Below, one piece after another: positions 60,030-64,000 of a DNA stretch of 64,000 nt (positions are counted from its first letter, which is position 1; every line of letters starts with the position of its first letter). The stretch is from Actinomycetota bacterium. Its GTDB lineage: Bacteria; Actinomycetota; Coriobacteriia; Anaerosomatales; JAUXNU01. Position numbers and translations under genes: made by a program. The notes beneath the pieces are model-generated. The model had not been told where the DNA came from. It did not search any database and saw only the letters and a program-made list of their open reading frames with translations. Location of the stretch: the NCBI GenBank assembly GCA_030682655.1, contig JAUXNU010000151.1, forward strand, positions 22,196 to 86,195, read 5' to 3'.

Positions 60030-62282
60030 CTAGTCGAGCACCTGTGCGATCCGGCGCACGACCTCATCGCTGACTGACGCTGTCCCGCCCACGATCACAA
60101 GACGTTCGCACGTGCCGGCACAGCTCTCGAGGTATAGCTCTGTCGCGCGGGGCAGCGACGAAGTCGCCGTCAGCACCAGCGGGTTCTTGTTCGCCGCTGC
60201 GAGCACGCCGCCGGTAACGGAGTCCGGGAATCTCTCCCCGGTCGCTACGTACACCTTGGTGACGACGAACCCGAATGAGCTCTGACACCACCGCGCAGCC
60301 TGCACCGCGACGTCGTAGCGAGTACCTGTCGTCCCAAACCGCTTCGCCGGTGCAGTCTCGCCCGTCACGGCCAACAGCTGCTTCATCGCCGCGTCACCGA
60401 TAGTGTTCGGTCCGCCGAAGACTGCGCACTGCGTGGCCCCGAGGTCGCGGAGAACGTTCCCCGAACCGGCGGGTAGTCTGCTCGAGGCGATCAGCACGAC
60501 GGGGCGTCCCGATCCGGCCGACGTCGCGCTCGCGATGGCCGCATCAGTCCACTTCTCGCCGGATGCTACGAGCACCATCGACCCGTCCGCTCCGAGCGCC
60601 TTCATCTTCATGGCAACGCTCGCAGCGGTCCCATAACGGTCGGTACCATACCGCGTGCTGCCGGCCAGGCGCTCAACGTTCGCAGAGCCGAAGACCGACG
60701 CGATGGTGCTCGCAACGACCGGCTTGACGCTGGCCGTCCCCCCGACGATGTAGGCTTTCGTCGCACCAAGGCCTTTGAGCCTTGTCAGCTCCGAGATCAT
60801 GTCCTTGGTCAACGCATCGGCGTAGACGAGGAGTACCGGCCCCTTTGCAAGTCCTGCGAGCCCGGACGCGGTGAGCGAATCAGCATACTTGGCATCAGCG
60901 CCGTTGGCGATGACGACCGCTTGCGGCAGACTCCCCGTCGGATACAGGTTGCGTGAGACCTCGACCGCGGTTGTGTAGCGGTCGCTGTAGGCGATGCGAT
61001 CGTACGGTACGCCCACGTAGTACTTGCGGCTCTTCAGTCCAAGAGCGCTCGAAAGAGTGTAGCCGCCGACTCCGGTTGACTTCGCACCGTTGGACCAGGT
61101 CAAGGTCACCGTATTCACGAATCCCGAGTCCGGGAAGCGGTAGATCGAGATCGACTTCACCCATACCGTGCTCCCGGCCCCGGAGGGCTCCCCCGTGATC
61201 TTGGGTGCGATGGCCTTGGCGATCTGCATGCCGTCCTTCGTCACAGATGGCCAGGGGTCGTTCGGGCTTCCGGCGTCATCGCAATACGGATCGTCGACTC
61301 CACCGAAGTAGGGGTACGACGTCGAGGGGAATCCCGTGCCCGTCCATATGTTTTCGATCTTGGCGGTATGCCCGCCTGAGCTCGAGTGGAAGAACGTCTG
61401 CACGACGTTGTCGTACGTGGACGGCGCCTTGCTGTGCTTCACGACCTTGCCGGCCGTCCCGTCGACAGCACTGTTCAGCGTATCGTTCTCTGAGCTGTAT
61501 CCCACGTAGACCTGATCATCGGTATCACACTCGACCGCGCGGTTCACCTTGTAGGCGTAGTACGCGTACGAGCGCGCCATGACGGCCTGCGTCTTCAGTG
61601 CATCCATGTCCCAGGAAGCGCTCCCCATCTCGCCGGGAATGACGCCCTTGATGTAGCCCTCCATGCCGAGGAGATTGCGCAACTGCACGGTGCTCGTGCC
61701 GGCACGCAACTCCATGTCGCCGCGGTACCAGCGGTTCTCGAGCATGCGGTAGCCGGACTTCTCGGCGACCTGGATGATCCTCGGCGAGGCGTTGGTGGTC
61801 ACGCGCACCTTGTCGCCGAGCGTGCCGAAGCTCGTCCCCTTGCTGCCGGTCGCCTTGACCTTGCCGCTCGCGGCAGTGAAGGTGACCGCCTCATCTGCCT
61901 GGCCAGCCGTACCGGCGACCGTGAGCAGCTTGCCTGTGGACGGTCGGAGCGTGTAGCTCGTCTTGAACGCGTGTGATGTGTCGAGGTAGACGGACATCTC
62001 TGGGTCGCCGATCGTGCCCAGATACGAGCCCGGGAAGTAGTACGTAGAGATCCACTCCCAGGACTTGCCGTGCTCGGCCCAGCCCTTTGCGCCCCACTGG
62101 CTCATACCGATACCGTGCCCCCAGCCAAAGCCGGTGAAGGTGAAGTCGGGGTATGCGGCCGCAACCGCCGGAGCAGGACCCGTCATCCCGATGCCGGCGC
62201 ACAATGCGACGGCAAGTGCAAGGCGGACGATGCGGAGAAGCCGCACACGACCACGACTACAGTCATATCTGAGATACCTCAC
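60030..62282 (-). CDS. SpoIID/LytB-domain protein with cell-wall-binding-2 repeats
   Basis: 'GHGIGMSQWGA', 'YIKGVIPGEM...ALKTQAVMARSY', 'CDTDDQVY'; three CWB2 repeats ('DRYTTA', 'DRYGTA', 'TRYDVA'). Confidence 0.9.
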   Translation of the reverse strand: MRYLRYDCSRGRVRLLRIVRLALAVALCAGIGMTGPAPAVAAAYPDFTFTGFGWGHGIGMSQWGAKGWAEHGKSWEWISTYYFPGSYLGTIGDPEMSVYLDTSHAFKTSYTLRPSTGKLLTVAGTAGQADEAVTFTAASGKVKATGSKGTSFGTLGDKVRVTTNASPRIIQVAEKSGYRMLENRWYRGDMELRAGTSTVQLRNLLGMEGYIKGVIPGEMGSASWDMDALKTQAVMARSYAYYAYKVNRAVECDTDDQVYVGYSSENDTLNSAVDGTAGKVVKHSKAPSTYDNVVQTFFHSSSGGHTAKIENIWTGTGFPSTSYPYFGGVDDPYCDDAGSPNDPWPSVTKDGMQIAKAIAPKITGEPSGAGSTVWVKSISIYRFPDSGFVNTVTLTWSNGAKSTGVGGYTLSSALGLKSRKYYVGVPYDRIAYSDRYTTAVEVSRNLYPTGSLPQAVVIANGADAKYADSLTASGLAGLAKGPVLLVYADALTKDMISELTRLKGLGATKAYIVGGTASVKPVVASTIASVFGSANVERLAGSTRYGTDRYGTAASVAMKMKALGADGSMVLVASGEKWTDAAIASATSAGSGRPVVLIASSRLPAGSGNVLRDLGATQCAVFGGPNTIGDAAMKQLLAVTGETAPAKRFGTTGTRYDVAVQAARWCQSSFGFVVTKVYVATGERFPDSVTGGVLAAANKNPLVLTATSSLPRATELYLESCAGTCERLVIVGGTASVSDEVVRRIAQVLD

Positions 62283-62340
62283 AAGCCGGGTCCTTCCAGG
62301 TAGCAGAGGCCACGAGCCTGCCGAAGCGAGCCTCTGGCCA

Positions 62341-64000
62341 TCAGTAGCTGTTCATCTCCATCTTCACGAACATCTTCGATATGTACGCCGAGATCGAAGC
62401 GGGTCCACCCGCGACGACAGCATCGATCTCCTCGGCACGCCGATTGTAGACCCACTGGCGAACATACCCCGGCATGGCACTCTTGCCCACAAGGAGTATC
62501 GGCCGCCCTTCGCGAGCCGCGAGAGGTCCTACGACAAGCGCATCGGGAAACACCTGGGACGACGCTATGACCGGTCTCAACCGGGCGGCCTCGTCGTAGC
62601 GAGCGTTGAACACCGCCCAGTTGGTCTCGTAGCGCGTGGCACCGGCCAGTCGCGTGTACTCGATACCCTCGAGCACGGCCTCGGGCAGGGTCGTCGTGCC
62701 ACCCACGACCGTGACCGGCCGCTGCTTGTCGCCGCCGACGATGTAGTCCTTGATCTGTGGGGCGAGCCGGGCTCGCGATGCGAGCAGTATCGGCTGGCCC
62801 TTCTGCGCGGCGCTGGCCGCGATGCTGAGCGCATCGGGGAAGACCTCGCCAGATGCGACAACGACCCCAGTCGAAGGCTCGCTGCTCATCTCGCGGGCGA
62901 CGTTCATGGACACCTCGTAGCGGTCCCTGCCCCCGATGCGGCGGACCTGCGCCGGCTTGCTCACATCGAGTCCCGCCGCGGCCGCGGCCTCTCGCACCAC
63001 GCTGTCGGGCACCGAGTCCGGGCCGCCCACGACGACTATCCGCGAGGGTGCGAGTCGCTTGATCTCGCCGGCGATCACGTTCGGCAGCTTGTCGCCACCG
63101 GTCGTCAGTATCGGGCCCCCAAGCTTGGTGGCGAGCGGTGCGGCCACGAGGCTGTCGGCGAACTTGACTCCCGACGCAAGGACGACCGCTGGAGCGCGAT
63201 CCCACCCGGCCCGTGAGACTGCGGCTGCCGTCTCGTACCGGTCCGCGCCCCACCAGCGATCGAACGTCTCGTCGACAGTCCTGTCGGCGAACCGCTCGAT
63301 TCCGTCGGCGATGCCGCGCGCGACCTTGCCTTGATACGACGACGACCGAAGCCGCGACAGCTCGGACGAGTTCGACATGAAGCCGCACTCGACGAGCACG
63401 GCTGGCATGTTGCTCCACCGGATCACGTAGAACTTCGCCGAGTGGACACCCCGGTCGGACGCACCGGTCGCGTCGATCAGCTCGTCTTGCACGTCCTCGG
63501 CGAACTGGTTTCCCAAGGGATCGTTCGGCGCGCGGTACGATTCCGCTCCAACAGCCGAGGAACTGGCGGCATTGTTGTGAATGGATACGAAGAGGTCGGC
63601 GCCGGACGCGTTGGCGACATCACAACGGGCCTGCAGATCCTGCCGAAGCCGGTCGGTCGAGTCGGTGGCTGGCCAATCGGAGTAGCGGTAGGCGTCAAGC
63701 TTGGAGTCCCACAGCCAGGTCTTGATGCCGCCGCCCCGGTAGACCTTGGTGTCATCCGACCGCGTGAGCGTTACGCGGTATCCGCGCGAGCGGAGAGTCG
63801 CGGCGACCTTCTTGGCTATCGCCAGGTTGAGAGTCTTCTCGGCAGTCCCACCGTAGTAGGCGCCCGAGTAGCCGCCGCCATGTCCGGCATCGATGGCGAT
63901 GTGCAGCGAAGCGGGGCGGATGGGGTCAGCGAGGGCGGGAGTCGGAAGCGTGGCGCAGATCAGAACCGCAACACACGCGAACCTAACGAGACGCCAGAGA
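62341..64000 (-). CDS. N-acetylmuramoyl-L-alanine amidase (Amidase_3) with CWB2 repeats; start lies beyond the window
   Basis: The frame stays open upstream of the ORF-track start: signal peptide, 'IAIDAGHGG', 'EKTLNL', 'LFVSIHNN', 'AVLVECGFMSN'; then three CWB2 repeats ('GADRYETA', 'GRDRYEVS', 'GATRYET'). Confidence 0.93.
   Translation of the reverse strand, partial: LWRLVRFACVAVLICATLPTPALADPIRPASLHIAIDAGHGGGYSGAYYGGTAEKTLNLAIAKKVAATLRSRGYRVTLTRSDDTKVYRGGGIKTWLWDSKLDAYRYSDWPATDSTDRLRQDLQARCDVANASGADLFVSIHNNAASSSAVGAESYRAPNDPLGNQFAEDVQDELIDATGASDRGVHSAKFYVIRWSNMPAVLVECGFMSNSSELSRLRSSSYQGKVARGIADGIERFADRTVDETFDRWWGADRYETAAAVSRAGWDRAPAVVLASGVKFADSLVAAPLATKLGGPILTTGGDKLPNVIAGEIKRLAPSRIVVVGGPDSVPDSVVREAAAAAGLDVSKPAQVRRIGGRDRYEVSMNVAREMSSEPSTGVVVASGEVFPDALSIAASAAQKGQPILLASRARLAPQIKDYIVGGDKQRPVTVVGGTTTLPEAVLEGIEYTRLAGATRYETNWAVFNARYDEAARLRPVIASSQVFPDALVVGPLAAREGRPILLVGKSAMPGYVRQWVYNRRAEEIDAVVAGGPASISAYISKMFVKMEMNSY

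Overview
High-GC window, most likely from a free-living Coriobacteriia-type actinomycete. This is inferred from the ssrA tag VDNNYALAA, an in-frame prfB, CWB2 surface proteins and a multiheme cytochrome. It follows the conserved minus-strand backbone comF-(raiA RNA)-hpf-secA-prfB-ftsEX-ctpA-rnr-smpB-ssrA, interleaved with accessory genes. Left end: CheR-TPR, a DUF4388/MshEN protein, a PAS-GAF kinase, an L,D-transpeptidase, a beta-propeller surface protein and a PAS-GGDEF-EAL protein. Right end: pnp-ahcY-mtnA, a Wzx/Wzy polysaccharide locus and CWB2-anchored hydrolases. Highlights not in the ORF track: (1) a candidate peptide-signalling module between hpf and secA, made of a LeuA-regulatory-like protein, a 24-aa peptide MKRMIVILSSLAALVLGGGASFRW enclosed by a perfect 15-bp inverted repeat, one intact and one degenerate membrane HD-GYP protein, a DUF5317 protein with LspA-like Asp motifs and a MalT/BTAD regulator; (2) a 304-nt group I intron in the T-loop of tmRNA; (3) a raiA-motif RNA; (4) a circularly permuted amino-acid-binding lipoprotein and a permease carrying an FHA-like domain. 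No CRISPR array, rRNA, tRNA, integrase or transposase was seen. Family assignments come from motif recognition by eye, not from database searches.
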